DNA of 64,000 nucleotides from assembly GCF_963921235.1 (NCBI RefSeq), contig NC_086118.1:18974001-19038000 (forward strand), written 5' to 3'. This document shows positions 49,428-62,656 of the stretch, in pieces; position 1 is the stretch's first letter; each line of letters starts with the position of its first letter. Made by a program: the position numbers and the translations under genes. The stretch is from Mobula hypostoma (taxonomy: Eukaryota). Under the pieces are notes generated by a model. That model was not told the origin of the DNA. It did not search any database and saw only the letters and a program-made list of their open reading frames with translations.

Positions 49428-50129
49428 TTATAAAACATTGGTGAGGTCTCACTTGAAGTATTGAACTACTTAATTTTATATGTATATTTCTCATTGCAAT
49501 TTATAGTTTTAAAAAATTATTATGTAGTGCGATGTACTGCAGCCACAAATCAACAAATTTCATTACATATGCCAGTGATATTCAGTGAGTCTGATTCAGT
49601 GGGATGTGGCTGGACTCAGCCTTGTTGTAGAAGATTTTATATATTATTTTCAGGATGCTTAAAATATTTCACACTGTTAGCAGATGTCTTGCTTAACCTT
49701 TTATTGCACTATACTGGAGTTTGATACATTACTCTTCTCTTTAGATAAGTGCAAATCCAAACCACAACACCACCCAGTAGAAGTAGCCCACACGATATTA
49801 ACCCATCCAGTACCTGTGTCACTGTGCTTCCACTACTGTAACAAATTATCAAGAATCTTCTTCAACCTCTTGTACGAATATCTTCACTATTCTGCGAGGA
49901 CAAGGACAGCAAACACAAGGGAATACCTGGATGTGGGCATTGCCTGCAAGGTAAACTGTGATTGTCCAATTGTAATTGTTTATGAGAAAGCTTTTGCATC
50001 ATTGCAGTTCTTCTGGTAAAGTATTTCCTGAGTTGTGTTGGATAGGGAGTTCCAGAATTTTGATCTAACATATTCAATGGCAAAGATGTAAATGCAATAC
50101 ATTTCCAAGTCAAAGGGTATCTCTAGAGA

Positions 50130-50978
50130 CACAGCTCATTAGCCCCTCACTAAGAACCACTGGACTCAGTGGGAGAAAACCACCTTTCTTAAGCTCCGTA
50201 CTACTAAGGTCGGTATGACTTGGGAAATTAGGATGTTTCAACCACTCGAACCCTGATCTGTGCAAATACTGTATAAGTACTGTCCCTATGCAATTAGCCT
50301 TCAGCAAGAAATAACATGCCGCACACCGCATACAATTATAAAGAAAGTATATTCACAAATTTCAGCTTTATTGGTCCCCATGCAATTAGCCTCCAGCAAG
50401 AAATAACATACCACATACAATTATAAAGGAAGTATATTCACAAATTTCAGCTTTATTGAACAGTTAGTAGGGGAAAAAAATAAAAATGGCCTATTACAGT
50501 TAAACCAGTCCAAATGTGCAGCTCATCTTGAAGTTGTCTTTAACTCACCTGCAGGACCCACAGTCTGCGTGAAAGCATGCATCACCTTCTCAATGTCGCT
50601 CGAAATCCATCTTGAACATACAGGCTCCCCCACTGGAGTATTGGTCCTTCCTCTTTAAAGCCATTCATTTGCACAAAGCACAAAGCAGGGATTGCATCCT
50701 CAGCCATCTTCCCTCCTGTCTTTTTCCAGCTCCCACCAAAAAGACCTCGAACCGCCCTAGAGTCCTTCACTAAAACAGTTCTTCCCAGCGTTCTCTGGAA
50801 CTTTTCTCCCAACTGAATCATCCTGATTGGCTGATACAACATTCCTAAGTTGAACAACATAGACCTTTATCTTCAGCTCACACCCAAACATGCTAAAAGC
50901 AGAACTGACTGCTCTTACGGAACTGCTAAACTGAAATACCTACTGCATAGCAGTAAAAATCTTAACCAGGGCATTACA
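50130..50978 (-). mobile_element. Probable solo LTR with an internal ~90-bp tandem duplication
   Basis: Minus strand begins TGTAATGCCC at 50978, with AATAAA inside the duplicated unit (50282-50373 and 50374-50458). Left end and TSD not resolved. Confidence 0.45.
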
Positions 50979-51649
50979 CAAGTGCAATATATTTTGTAAA
51001 TGATGCTTGTTGAAATCATCTTTAAGGGCATGAATTTTCAAGCATTGTGGGTGAGTTACAAGACAAGTAATTGGCTTATCCTGGTGGATACTTGAATGTT
51101 GTTGGGGTTTTACTTAACCAGGAAAAAGAGCAGGCTCTTCATTTGTGCTTTGTGGATGGTGGAAACTGAGTTACTTAACGCAAGACATTCTCTCTCTGAC
51201 CATATTATGGAGGAACTCAACAGGTCGATCAGCATGAATTGTCACCATTTTGGATCATGATTCAATGTTTGCAGGGTTCCTCCATCAGTTTGTTTGTTGC
51301 TACTGATTCCAGCATTTGCGGTATCTTGCGTTGCCACGGTGCTTCTAAAGTGCCCTGGTTTCCATAGTATTTATATAGCTGGCCCAGGTGTGTTTCTGGT
51401 CAATAGATGCCCACAGGATATTGACGATGGTGATTTGGCAGTGCCAACAGATCCCATTTGTAGATGCATAGTCTCTCCATTGTTGGAGATAGTCCTTGAC
51501 TGACAGTAGCAAGTAAAACAACCGACATAGTTTAAAGCTGCTGAAAATTTCTGAAGGAAATCCACAATTTTTCTAAAATGGCTCTCTTCAGGTGGACGTA
51601 GAGATAGTGAAGGATAATCTAATCTGGAAGCAAGATTGACACACACTAT

Positions 51650-51997
51650 ACTGAGGACTTGGTGGAGGAAAAGAGGCAAAGCCTGATTGTCAAAGCACAG
51701 AGACTACAGAGACTTGACGCCTGTGCTGGAGTTAGAGGACTGTGCGCGTGAGTGGGTGAATGGGAGGAATGTTGGAAGGATGGAAAGAGACTTATTTAGA
51801 TGTTGTTGATTGTTACACATTGTATTCTGTGCCGTTCTGCCACTTATTGTGGGCATGCTCTGTTGGCACCAGAATATGTGGCAACAGTTGGCGGGCTGCC
51901 CCCCGCCCCCAGCACATCCTTAGGTGTGTTGGTTGTTAATGCAAACAACACATTGCACTGTATGTTTCCATATACATGTGGTAAACAAATCTGAATC
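51650..51997 (+). repeat. SINE-like repeat (second copy at ~61720-62155)
   Basis: Shared gtgggc.tgct.tgttgg..gtggcaaca..tg.gggctgccc..cagcacatc core and a gtggtaaa..aatctgaa tail. Confidence 0.65.
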
Positions 51998-54382
51998 CAA
52001 ATTGCATAATGAATGTTTTCCCAGTATCGACACCTGCACTAAAAGTGACCAATCTTCCACTGTTGATACCTACAAGCAAAGAAGTGACTAGCTTTTTGCT
52101 AGGTATGCAGCAGCCAGTGGGATTCCACTGGGGAAACAGAGACTGGCAAAAGCACAAACAGTGCAAGTCACGCACAAAAGCAGCACTAGGGTGACTTCTG
52201 ATTTTTGTTCGGAATTTGAGTACATTTTATGGGAAATTTCCATTTGGTACGCATGTTTTCTGGTGTTTATTTTATTCCACCTTGCGGTCAAGTAACTACA
52301 GAGAAAAAGTCAGGCATGGAATTGTGGTTGATTGAGGAAGTGAGGATGCAGTGACTGCTATTACCAGCAGATTAGTTTTCCATGGATGTGGAAAGGGTGT
52401 CTCGTCTTTGCTCTCTCTTAACTATTTCACTTGGCCCCCCAAACACAAAATGGTTGTAGAAACAGCCAAAGTAAATCAGCCAGCAATTAACCAGCAAACA
52501 ATTAATGATGCCTATGATTAACAGGATGGCGAGGGGGCTTGAGGGATTTCTCTTCCTGCTGCTGAACATCTTCTCTATTAGTGAAGTTTAGGTAAACCAT
52601 TAGATTAATTCTGGCAGCCCAATCCACCGTTCTGCACACCTTATGGCCAATACTCAGTGTGGATGCATGAATGTACATATCAAAATGGTACCTGGCTACC
52701 ATATGATCCACATGAGCCAATCAGAGCACATGTATCACCAAAAAGATGGGTGCTATTCAACTCCAGTTCACTTACGACATTTCTTCCAAAGCCATTGTAA
52801 ATCACATGAGTTTCAGTTATTGGCTGAGTGAACTTCTTTCATAAAGACAGCTTGAAATCCAATACGAGCCTGAACAAGAAAGGAAATCTGAAACGTGAGG
52901 CATCAGAGGCACAGACAGTTCATTTTTTTCCTCAGCAGCCTTGTGAGTGCAGCTTGGAGTTATTGTTCTAGCAAAAAGAGGTAAAAGAAACAAAGAACAG
53001 GTGCCAATGAATGTTGGCTGTGAAGCCCAGATGTTAACCTACAACTCAATTTAACACCCATTATTAGGAATGATGGTCATAGTCAAGTGTTGTTGATGAT
53101 GCTACACATGCACAGTGTTATAGAACTTTAGTGTCATCACACTAAGCATGTGTATGTTTAATGCATTTCTATTAAGAGCCACTTGATTCTGATTGCAGAT
53201 TGAGCCAAAATCACTTTTATGCACAAGGTGTAGAATCATCAGACATTGTCTAATGATGTGATCAAAATTGAAGGTCTAATCCCATTGCTCCATTAATTCA
53301 ATGACAGTAAAATTAGAATGTAGATCATGCCAAAGATGTTTAAACTAACAGAGATTGTGATGAGGGATTTGTTTGTCATTTACATATTACAGAATACAGT
53401 TCATAATCTCTTGAATTTTTTGGCAAACATATTACCCCAAAATGAGTTCCAAGCTAAATTGAAAGACCTAATTGTTTTGACCACATTGGATGGAACTTGA
53501 GGATCCACATGAATCTGACACTTTAAATGAAGTAATAATCAGTAATTTATTCCCGTTCTACAAAACACTTTGGAACCAATGTGTGAGATTTACACAGGCA
53601 CTCACTGTTATGTAAGTAAACCCATGTGACAAGAATTTAAAAATGTGCAAGTCACAATGAGCTGCAATGATTATAAAAGTGTATTTTCTCCTTTTGGATG
53701 GCAAACAATTATAACACATTCCAGAAAATGTGGAATAATAAGTGAAAGAATCAGATCTTTTGCGTTTGCATAGCATTGTCAACTGCAAACTTAAAACAAC
53801 GTAATTGAGTAAAGCGGGGAAAGAACATATACTCGTTGAACTTACCTTTGCTGCAGTTGGAGATTTCTCCAGAGCAATGGAAATCTAGTTTTTTCAGATC
53901 AGATTTTAATCCACTCAGTTTTGCAGAAGTCTGAATTTTTTCATACAAATTTTTTGCACTAATAACTTAAGGAGCACAGATATGCAGTACCTTTTAATTT
54001 TTATGCACAGAGGTATGTACAACATATTTCCTGGGCTACTTATGCAAGAGCAGGCCTTCAGAGCCTCTATATTCATATTGCTGTGTACAGCAGTGTGAAT
54101 ATCCATTTAAGGACTGAATGTCGTGTGTCTTTCGTACAATGTCATACCAAACATTGCCATTTAGCTGAGTTACTGCCTTCATTAAATGTCATTCTGTTGA
54201 TCCTGTTACTTCTGAGAGCATAGTTAAAGCCTCGAAGAGTCATTTTTAATCCAGCACCATCAGATAGGCTTGAGAGCTGTGAGATTGGGTCCGAGATCTC
54301 GTCCATGAGTATATGGTCAGGCTAAAGTCAGAAGCAAATAGATAAAAATTTAAGGCTGCTTGTTGATTAAGGAAGTAACCAT

Positions 54383-57300
54383 GAACATAGAAACATAGAA
54401 AACCTACAGCACAATACAGGTCCTTTGGCCCACAAAGTTGTGCCAAGCATGTCCCTCCCTTAGAAATTACTAGGCTTACCCATAGCCTCTATTTTTCTAA
54501 GCTCCATGTACCTATCCAAATGTCTGTTAAAAGACCCTATCATATCCGCCTCCACCACTGTTGCCGGCAGCCCATTCTATGCACTCACCGCACTCTGTGT
54601 AGAAAAGTTATCCCTGACATCTCCTCTGTTCCTACTTCACACCATCTTAAACCTATGTACTCTTGTGGCAACCATTTCAGCCCTGGGGAAAAGACTCTAC
54701 CTATCCACAGGATCAATGCCTCTCATCAACTTGTACACCTCTGTCAGATCACCTCTCATCCTCCGTCGCTCCAAGGAGAAAAGGCTGAGTTCACTCAACC
54801 TGTTTTCATAAGGCATGCTCCCCAATCCAGGCAACATCCTTGCAAATCTCTTTACCCTTTCTATGGCTTCCATGTCCTTCCTGTAGTGAGGCGACCAGAA
54901 CTGAGCACAGTACTCCAAGTGGGATCTGATCAGGGTCCTATATTAGTTCTTGGCTCCTAAATTCAATTCCACGATTAATGAAGGCCAATGCACCGTATGC
55001 CTTCATAACCACAGAGTGAACCTGCGCAGCTGCTTTGAGTGTCCTATGGACTGAGACCCCAAGATCCTTCTGATCCTCCACACTGCCAAGAGTCTTACCA
55101 TTAATACTATATTCTGCTATCATATTTGATTTACCAAAATGAACCACTTTACACTTATCTGGGTTAAACTCCATCTGCCACTTCTCAGCCCAGTTTTGCA
55201 TCCTATGAATGTCCTGCTGTAACCTCTGACAGCCCTCCACACTATCACAACACCTACAATCTTTGTGTCATCAGCAAACTTACTAACCCATCCGTCTGCT
55301 TCCTCATCCAAGTCATTTATAAAAATCACGAAGAGTAAGTGTCCCAGAATGGATCCCTGAGGCAAACCACTGGTCACCGATCTCCATGCAGAATATGATC
55401 CGTCTACAACCATTCTTTCCTTTCTGTTGGCAAGCCGGTTCTGAATCCACAAAGCAATGTCCCCTTGGATCCCATGCCTCCTTACTTTCTCAATAAGCCT
55501 TGCATGAGGTACCTTATCAAATGCCTTGGTGAAATCCATATACACTACATGTACTGCCTCTTCCTTCATCAATGTGTTTAGTCACATCCTGAAAAAAAAT
55601 CAATCAGGCTCGTAAGGGATGACCTGCCCTTGACAAAGTCATGCTGACTATTCCTAATCATATTATACCTCTTCAAATATTCATAAATCCTGCCTCTCAG
55701 GATCTTCTCCATCAACTTACCAACCACTGAAGTAAGACTCACTGGTCTATAATTTCCTGGGCTACCTCTACTCCCCTTCTTGAATAAAGGGACAACATCT
55801 GCAGCCCCCCAATCCTCCAGAACCTCTCCTGTCCCCATTGATGATTCAAAGATCATTGCCAGAGGCTCAGCAATCTCCTTACTCACCTCCCACAGTAGCC
55901 TGGGGTACATCTCATCCGGTCCCGACAATTTATCCAACTTGATGCTTTCCAAAAGATCCAGCACATACTCTTTCTTGATACCTACATGCTCAAGTTTTTC
56001 AGTCTGCTGCAAGTCAGCACTACAATCACCAAGATCCTTTTTCATAGTGAATACTGAAGTAAAGAATTCATTAAGTATCTTTGCTATTTCCTCCGGTTCC
56101 ATACACACTTTCCCACTGTTGCACTTGATAGGTCCTATTCTTTCACTTCTTATCCTCTTGCTCTTCACATACTTGTAGAATGCCTTGGGGTTTTCCTTAA
56201 TCCTGCCCGCCAAGGCCTTCTCATGGCCCCTTCTGGCTCTCCTAATTTCCTTTTTAAGCTCCTTCCTGTTAGCCTTATAATCTTCTAGATCTCTAACATT
56301 ACCTAACTCTCTGAAACTTTTGTAAGCTTTTCCTTTCTTCTTGACTAGAATTATTACAGCCTTTGTACACCATGGTTCCTGTGCCCTACCATAACTTCCC
56401 TGTCTCATTGGAACATACCTATGCAGAACTCCACACAAATATCCCCTAACATTTGCCACATTTCTTCCATAATTTTCCCTGAGAACATCTGTTCACAATT
56501 TAACCTTCCAATTTCCTGCCTGATATCCTCATAATTCCCCTTACTCCAATTAAACGCTTTTCTAACTTGTCTGTTACTATCGCTTTCCAATACTATTGTA
56601 AATGAGATGGAATTATGATCACTATCTGCAAAATGCTCTCCCACTGAGAGACCTGACATCTGACCAGGTTCATTTCCCAATACCGGATCAAGTACTGTCT
56701 CTCTTCTTGTAGGCTTATCTACATATTATGTCAAGAAACTTTCCTGAACACACCTAACAAACTCCACCCCATCTAAACCCCTTGCTCTAAAGACATGCCA
56801 ATCGATATTTGGGAAATTAAAATCTTTCATCACGATAACTCTGTCATTATTACACCTTTCCAGGCTCTGCTTCCCTATCTGCTCCATGATATCCCTGTTA
56901 CTATTGGGCGGCCTATAAAAAACACCCAGTAAAGTTATTGGCCCCTTCCTCTTCCTAACCTCCATCCACAGAGACTCTGTAGTCAATCCCTCCATGACGT
57001 CCACCTTTTCTGTAGCCGTGACACTATCTCTGATCAACAATGCCACGCCTCCACCTCTTTTGCCTCCCTCCCTGTCCTTTCTGAAACATCTAAAACCCGT
57101 ATTTGAAGTAACCATTCTTGTCCCTGAGCCATCCAAATCTTTGTAATGGCCACCACATCATCACTGCAAGTGCTGATCCATGCTCTAAGCTCATCCGCTT
57201 TGTTCACAATACTCCTTGCGTTAAAATAGACACATCTCAAACCGTCCGTCTGCACTTGTCCCTTCTCTGTCACCTGCCTATCCTCCCTCACACACTGCCT

Positions 57301-57835
57301 CCAAGCTTTCTCTATTTGTGAGCCAACCACCTCTTCCCCAGGCTCTTCAGTTCGGCTCCCACCCCCCAACAACTCTAGTTTAAATTCTCCCCAGTAGCCT
57401 TAGCAAACCTCCCCTGCCAGGATATTAGTCCCCCTGGGATTCAAGTGCAACCCGTCCTTCTTGTACAGGTCACACCTGCCCCAAAAGAGGTCCCAATGAT
57501 CCAGAAATCTGAATCCCTGCCCCCTGCTCCAGTCCCTTAGCCACGCATTTATCCTCCACCTCATTCTATTCCTGTACTCACTGTCACGTGGCACATGCAG
57601 TAATCCTGAGATTACTAACTTTGCGGTCCTGCTTCTCAACTTCCTTCCTAACTCCCTAAAGTCTTTTTTCAGGATCTCTTCCCTTTTCCTACCTTTGTCA
57701 TTGGTACCAACTTGTACCACGACCTCTGGCTGTTCTCCCTCCCACTGCAGGATATTGTGGATGCGATCTGAAACATCCCAGACCCTGGCACCTGGGAGGC
57801 AAACTACCATCCGTGTTTCTTTCCTGCGTCCATGT
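54383..57835 (-). mobile_element. Relatively young CR1 LINE: ORF1 SGNH-esterase part plus full degenerate ORF2
   Basis: ORF1 gives CLPGARV..VGTND..DGLHLNPRG. ORF2 gives [47 protein letters not shown] and KFADDTK, with a (tttctatg)n tail. Confidence 0.92.
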
Positions 57836-58799
57836 GCGTTCTTTCCTGCGAACATGTGCTTTGATATTGCAGCAATTTGTTTTGTTTCATAGGATAGGAT
57901 GTGTGAAATACCTGCACCATATTCTACTGAGGCAAAACAAAGCACAGTTTATACAGGAAGGGGGAATCTTCTGGGATCTGGAGGAAATAAATTGCTGACT
58001 CACTACAAGAGGATGGCTTGAGTTGCCTATCATAGTTGGGGACAATGCCCATTCACCAGTGATCCTGGGAAAAGGTAAGATTGTATCACTGACACTGTCT
58101 ATTTGATAGGAACTTTGGACAGAGAAGAGATCTAACCTGTGTTTGCACCTTGATATACACTGGCCTTACCCCAGCAGATCATTGGCCTTCAGCTTCCAGA
58201 TACAGGCAATGCAGGGTTACAGGCTGTGTCTGCAATAAGTTTGCTGTTGAAAATAATTGTTCAGTATACACTGTGTGATCAGTTAGGGTAGTGGCAGAAA
58301 ACTAAGGTGAGACTGCAGTGGCTGCAGATACTTTTCTTCTCATAGGAAGGTGCTGCGAACAAGGAAGAGGTGATATAGCACAGCACAATTGTCAATTGAA
58401 TTTGCCCAGTGTCCACGTGGCAAAGACTGTGAATCTTTCATTGAAAGGAGAGCTAATCAGTTATTTCTGAGACTTTCCAAGAAGAAGTAAGAAAATAGAA
58501 AATACTGGCAATACTGAGAAGGCAAACTGTATATGTTGTGAGAAATACAGAAGAGTTCATGTTTCAAGTTAATCAGTCTTCATCTGAATCTTGATCTGAT
58601 CCCTTGTCCTTGAGTGCTCAGATCTACTGAGTGTTTCCAGATTTCCAACATCTGAGGATTTTTAAAAATTTTTAGTTAAACCTATAGTATGTTAGAAGTG
58701 TCCAGGTGTTGTATACAAAGTGAAACTGAAAGATTATGTGATACAAAAATGAGGAATGATGTGAAACAGGAACACGATGACGTCCGAAAACCGTTTAGT

Positions 58800-59245
58800 C
58801 ACAAACAAGAGAAAATCTGCAGATGCAGAAGATCCAAAGAAGCACACACAGACTGCTAGAGGAAATCAGCAGGCCAGGCAGCATCTATGGAAAAGAGTAA
58901 ACAGTCGACATTTCTGTCCAAGACCTTTCATCAGGACTGGAGGAAAAAACAATAGGATTCAAAGGGGGCAGGGCAGGAAGAAACACAAAGTGATAAGTGC
59001 AACCAGGAGTGGGGGGAGTGGTGAAGTAAAGAAATAGGAAGTTGATTGATGAAAGAAATAGAGGGCTGAAAAGGGAGAAACTTTTTCTTTCTCCCATGGC
59101 CATTTTCCCTTTCCTATCAGAAGATTCCCATTTCCCTCCTTCACCTTCTTACCTGCTCAAGACTTCCCTCTGATGCTCTTTCCCCTTTTCTTTCTTCCAT
59201 GACCTTCTGTCCACTCCTATCAGATTCCCCCTTCTCCATCTGCAT
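58800..59245. repeat. Penelope-derived repeat with inverted purine/pyrimidine arms
   Basis: acaagagaaaatctgcagatg..tcatcaggact head as at 1040-1165, followed by an inverted pyrimidine-rich arm. Confidence 0.65.
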
Positions 59246-60164
59246 CTTTTTTTTAAACAATATGAGTGAATCAGTCTATACTTAATTCAGGACAACAGCA
59301 GTTCCATTGCAAGAACCCACAAGATGATCAGTGCCAAGTTAGGTGAGACTTTGGCAAGACCACGTACGTTTTGTGGAAAAGTTCAGTGTGTACAGGACTT
59401 CTGCTATTTACAAGATTGGTAAAACTATTGAACTAAACACAGTTTGAATTGGATGCTTTAAGGAAGAACTGCTTTGCAATATAGAGACAAGTTCAAAGTT
59501 CCAATGACGCTTTGAGGGTTGTCATAGCAGGTACAAACTTACTAATATCAGTCCAGTATTGTGCAGCTGGAGAGTGTCAAGAGAGACTGAAAACAGTCAC
59601 AGTAGAACTGAAGGACTTGGAGGTGATTCAGACTGGATGAGCCAAAGAAGATGTTGTTCAGATTTCAAAAGTTGTAGCGAAAAAAAGGTGAAAGTTCAGT
59701 GTTTACATTGACGTAGAGTAGGGGCCAGGTTGCAGGATGGTGTGAACACAGAGGGACAAAGATAAAGAGTCTGAAGATGTAATCAGTGTCTGAGTCCAGA
59801 GCCAGTGGTAAAGTCTATGGTATCAATACAGTATCCCAAATGCAATGTACAAATTTAACTACCGTGGTTACAGATAAGAGTTAGTAGCTTCTATTAAGTC
59901 TTTTTGGTGTCAGGATAGGTGACATGGAGAAGCTGATGATCCAAGGGATATATAGAAATATATTCCAAAAAAATGAAGATTCTTATGTTCAGCAGCAATT
60001 ACAGAACAGACCAGGGTCTTCTCTGAAAAGTGATCCAATGGAATTATCAGTACCTGGACTGCATAGTACAGCAAAGTCAAAAGTTCATTGAATGTAATTA
60101 GCTCCAGTGAATTTATAGTTGATTGTATGCCAAACTATGTATGGATGTAAATGTTAACTGATTA

Positions 60165-61176
60165 CACTGGACGACTAATTTCTTTGAATTTTTTTTTGTT
60201 TATGATAGACTGTATGAAGCAGAACAGAAATATGATTCCAGACTACTTGTATCACATAGGAATTCGGAGAAACAAAAAAATAATTTTTATTAAATATAAT
60301 AAGCTTAATTGCATAACGCTGCTGACACTTTGCAACAGACCAGCTAAGCTAAAAATATTTTGTTGATGATTTTCATTTGTACTCAGTATCTGAGGCAAAT
60401 ACTGAGTGTCCAACACTTAAGCGTCCAACAATAATCGGCTAGTATTGATGGATTCCAGTTGCCCTGATACTGTTCAACACGCTGGAGGAACTCAGCAGGT
60501 CGGGCAGCATCCATGGAAATGAACTGTCAACGTTTCGGACCAGGACCAACAGTCAATGTTTTGGCCCAAAACGTTGACTGTTCGTTTCCACAGATGCTAC
60601 CCGACCTGTTGAGTTCCTCCAGCGTGTTATGTATATTGCTTTGACCCCAGCATCTGCAGAGTATTTTGTGTGTGCCCTGATACTGTTTCTCCATGACTGC
60701 AATGTCCTGGTGAATCCTTTCACCATGCTAATCACTGACAGCGCCAAGATTGGCAGGGAAAATTTCTAAATGGGAACGTAGAAAATGAGTCTTTAGTGAC
60801 GTGTTGCATTTGATGGTTTTGTATGCTAGAAGCATGTTGTCAACCAACTGCACATAGTTTGGTGCTCTGTAATTGCCAAGATAATTTTCAAAACATCCTT
60901 GAATGCCATTCATGTGATTTTCTCCAGTCCCACTAGAAGTTCTTTGAATTGCCTGTCGTTGATGACCTGCTTGATTTGTGGCCCAACAAAAATTTCTTAC
61001 TTAATCTTGGTATCAGTTATTCCGACTTGAATTATGAATTGAAGTAACACATATTGATGATTTCAAAAAAATGGTGTGTGATAGGGAAATTTCATGCTGA
61101 TTTTCATGATCAGCAATCCAAAATCCATAAGGTACACCTATAAGTATTCAGGAAGCAAACTCTTTGCTGTCCAGTG
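60165..61176 (-). mobile_element. Chapaev3 (CMC superfamily) DNA transposon, internally deleted
   Basis: Termini TTA|CACTGGAC ... GTCCAGTG|TTA (3-bp TWA TSD). Transposase C-terminus IFVGPQIKQV..ENYLGNYRAPNY..HFLRSHLEIFPANLGAVSD*HGERIHQDIAVMEKQYQG..ADYCWTL. Confidence 0.8.
60475..60672. mobile_element. Penelope-derived fold-back element inserted in the Chapaev3 ORF
   Basis: Inverted arms acgctggaggaactcagcaggtcggg / cccgacctgttgagttcctccagcgt. 15-bp TSD tgccctgatactgtt at 60460-60474 and 60673-60687. Confidence 0.85.
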
Positions 61177-61719
61177 TTATATAATCCAAAATATAAATGT
61201 AAATAAATGATGACTTGCATAAGTTGTTACCTTTTTAAAGGGAAAGCTGTGCTTTTCAATGAGTGTACAGCTAAGAACTGAGAATACCAAGTGGTATGTC
61301 TGATACATTGTTGAACTTGTCATTGCTGTTAGTTGTGGGTTTTTGCTTTATAAGGGAATGTTCTGTTTGTAGCTCTGTTTCTGCTATATGCTTATACAAC
61401 AGCAATGCATAAAAACCTACAGCCATTCTGCATGCAACTTAAAGAAGACTACTCTGAACAAGTCCCAGGCTAGTAATGGCACCTAGTTCAACTAGGTTAA
61501 GGAATATACAGTATTTAACCATTTCTCCCACAAGATCACCAACTTCATCCCCAACCGTGACCACATCCAATCACCCAAATGTGACCCTCTGCCAGCTTTT
61601 GCCTCCCAAGTATTTGCTGCCGGGCCTAAATGATGAAACAATTACTGTATACTCGTTGTGATCCTCAGTCACCAGCCTCTCCTCAACTGTTGGTTGCATC
61701 CATGAAGCCAGCTACTAAC

Positions 61720-62155
61720 TTTGAATCGGAGTTCGAGCACTGGAGTTCAGGGTCCCAGTATTGGTGAGTCCTGGGGCCGATACTGAAGATCGCAGCCCAG
61801 CGGTTGATCAGAAGTACGGAGACCGAAAGACCAAAGGCCAAAGCCCTGCACCTACGAGTCTGAGATCACTGGGGAAGTTGGAGGTCCATTGTGTGTGAAT
61901 CCACTGGAGGCTGGACCTGGTGGGTGGCCTGCCCTGGGGTAGCGTGTGTGTGTGTGGTTGTTTTGCTGTTGCTCGTTGCTTACTGCATTGTGTCTTGTGC
62001 CGTACTGCTGAGCATGGTGTGGGCGTGCTATGTTGGTGCTGGAATGTGTGGCAACACTTGTGGGCTGCCCTCAGCACATCATTAGGTTGTGATGGCTGTT
62101 AACACAAACAATACTGTAAGTTTCAATGTACACGTGGTAAATAAATGAATCTGAA
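61720..62155 (+). repeat. SINE-like repeat (copy of the 51650-51997 family)
   Basis: Shared core and tail with 51650-51997. Confidence 0.6.
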
Positions 62156-62344
62156 GCTAAATGCACTGATTGTGACCTCCGTGTGCCTTCCTTCACCAGC
62201 ACAATTGCAGCCCCCATCGCTGGCAACTAATCCTCACCCCATCTCTTAACATCAGCTTTTGTAATTGACTCTTCCACTTATCAACTCAATCCCCGTCTTT
62301 CCCTCCAACTCCCCCACAAATTCCTGGCCACAAACTTCCCTTTA

Positions 62345-62656
62345 CATTATGAATAAACACTTCTCGGGCTTCCAGCTCGGTACAGGTATTGCTTTAATTG
62401 ACATTTTGATGACAGACTCTGCCATCTTCATCAGGGATGATGCCTAGGCATGTCTAATCCAGTGGTATTTATATCCAGTCTTCTGAACCTCCTGATTGGT
62501 TAGTCTTCATCCAATCAGGTTTCTGCTCTCCCACCTTGTTTACAATCACATGGGATTTGTCATCACAATGTCGGTTAAAATCGATGCCTGTACCCGGCAG
62601 GAAGCCCAAGAAGAGTTTTTTCATCATATACGCTAGGAAAGCACTAGATCCTTTTT
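62345..62656. repeat. Penelope-derived element with inverted terminal arms
   Basis: cttctcgggcttccagctcggtacaggtat.. versus inverted ..atgcctgtacccggcaggaagcccaagaag. Same family as 455-792. Confidence 0.65.

Larger units (their letters stand above)
43105..49600 (+). mobile_element. Rex1/Babar-type LINE, split by a Penelope repeat, a CR1 and an RTE
   Basis: RT pieces at 43105-44767 (SACFKRTTITPVPKKS..LNDYHPV, GCVLSPLLYS), continuing at 48441-48920 (RQWLYFIRSLRK, ESILIGCITIWHG) and a 3' tail at 49465-49600. Confidence 0.8.

Noticed and set aside
57400..57945. SGNH/GDSL esterase-like host gene
   Set aside because: It is CR1 ORF1, directly upstream of CR1 ORF2, with its N-terminus made of flanking DNA.
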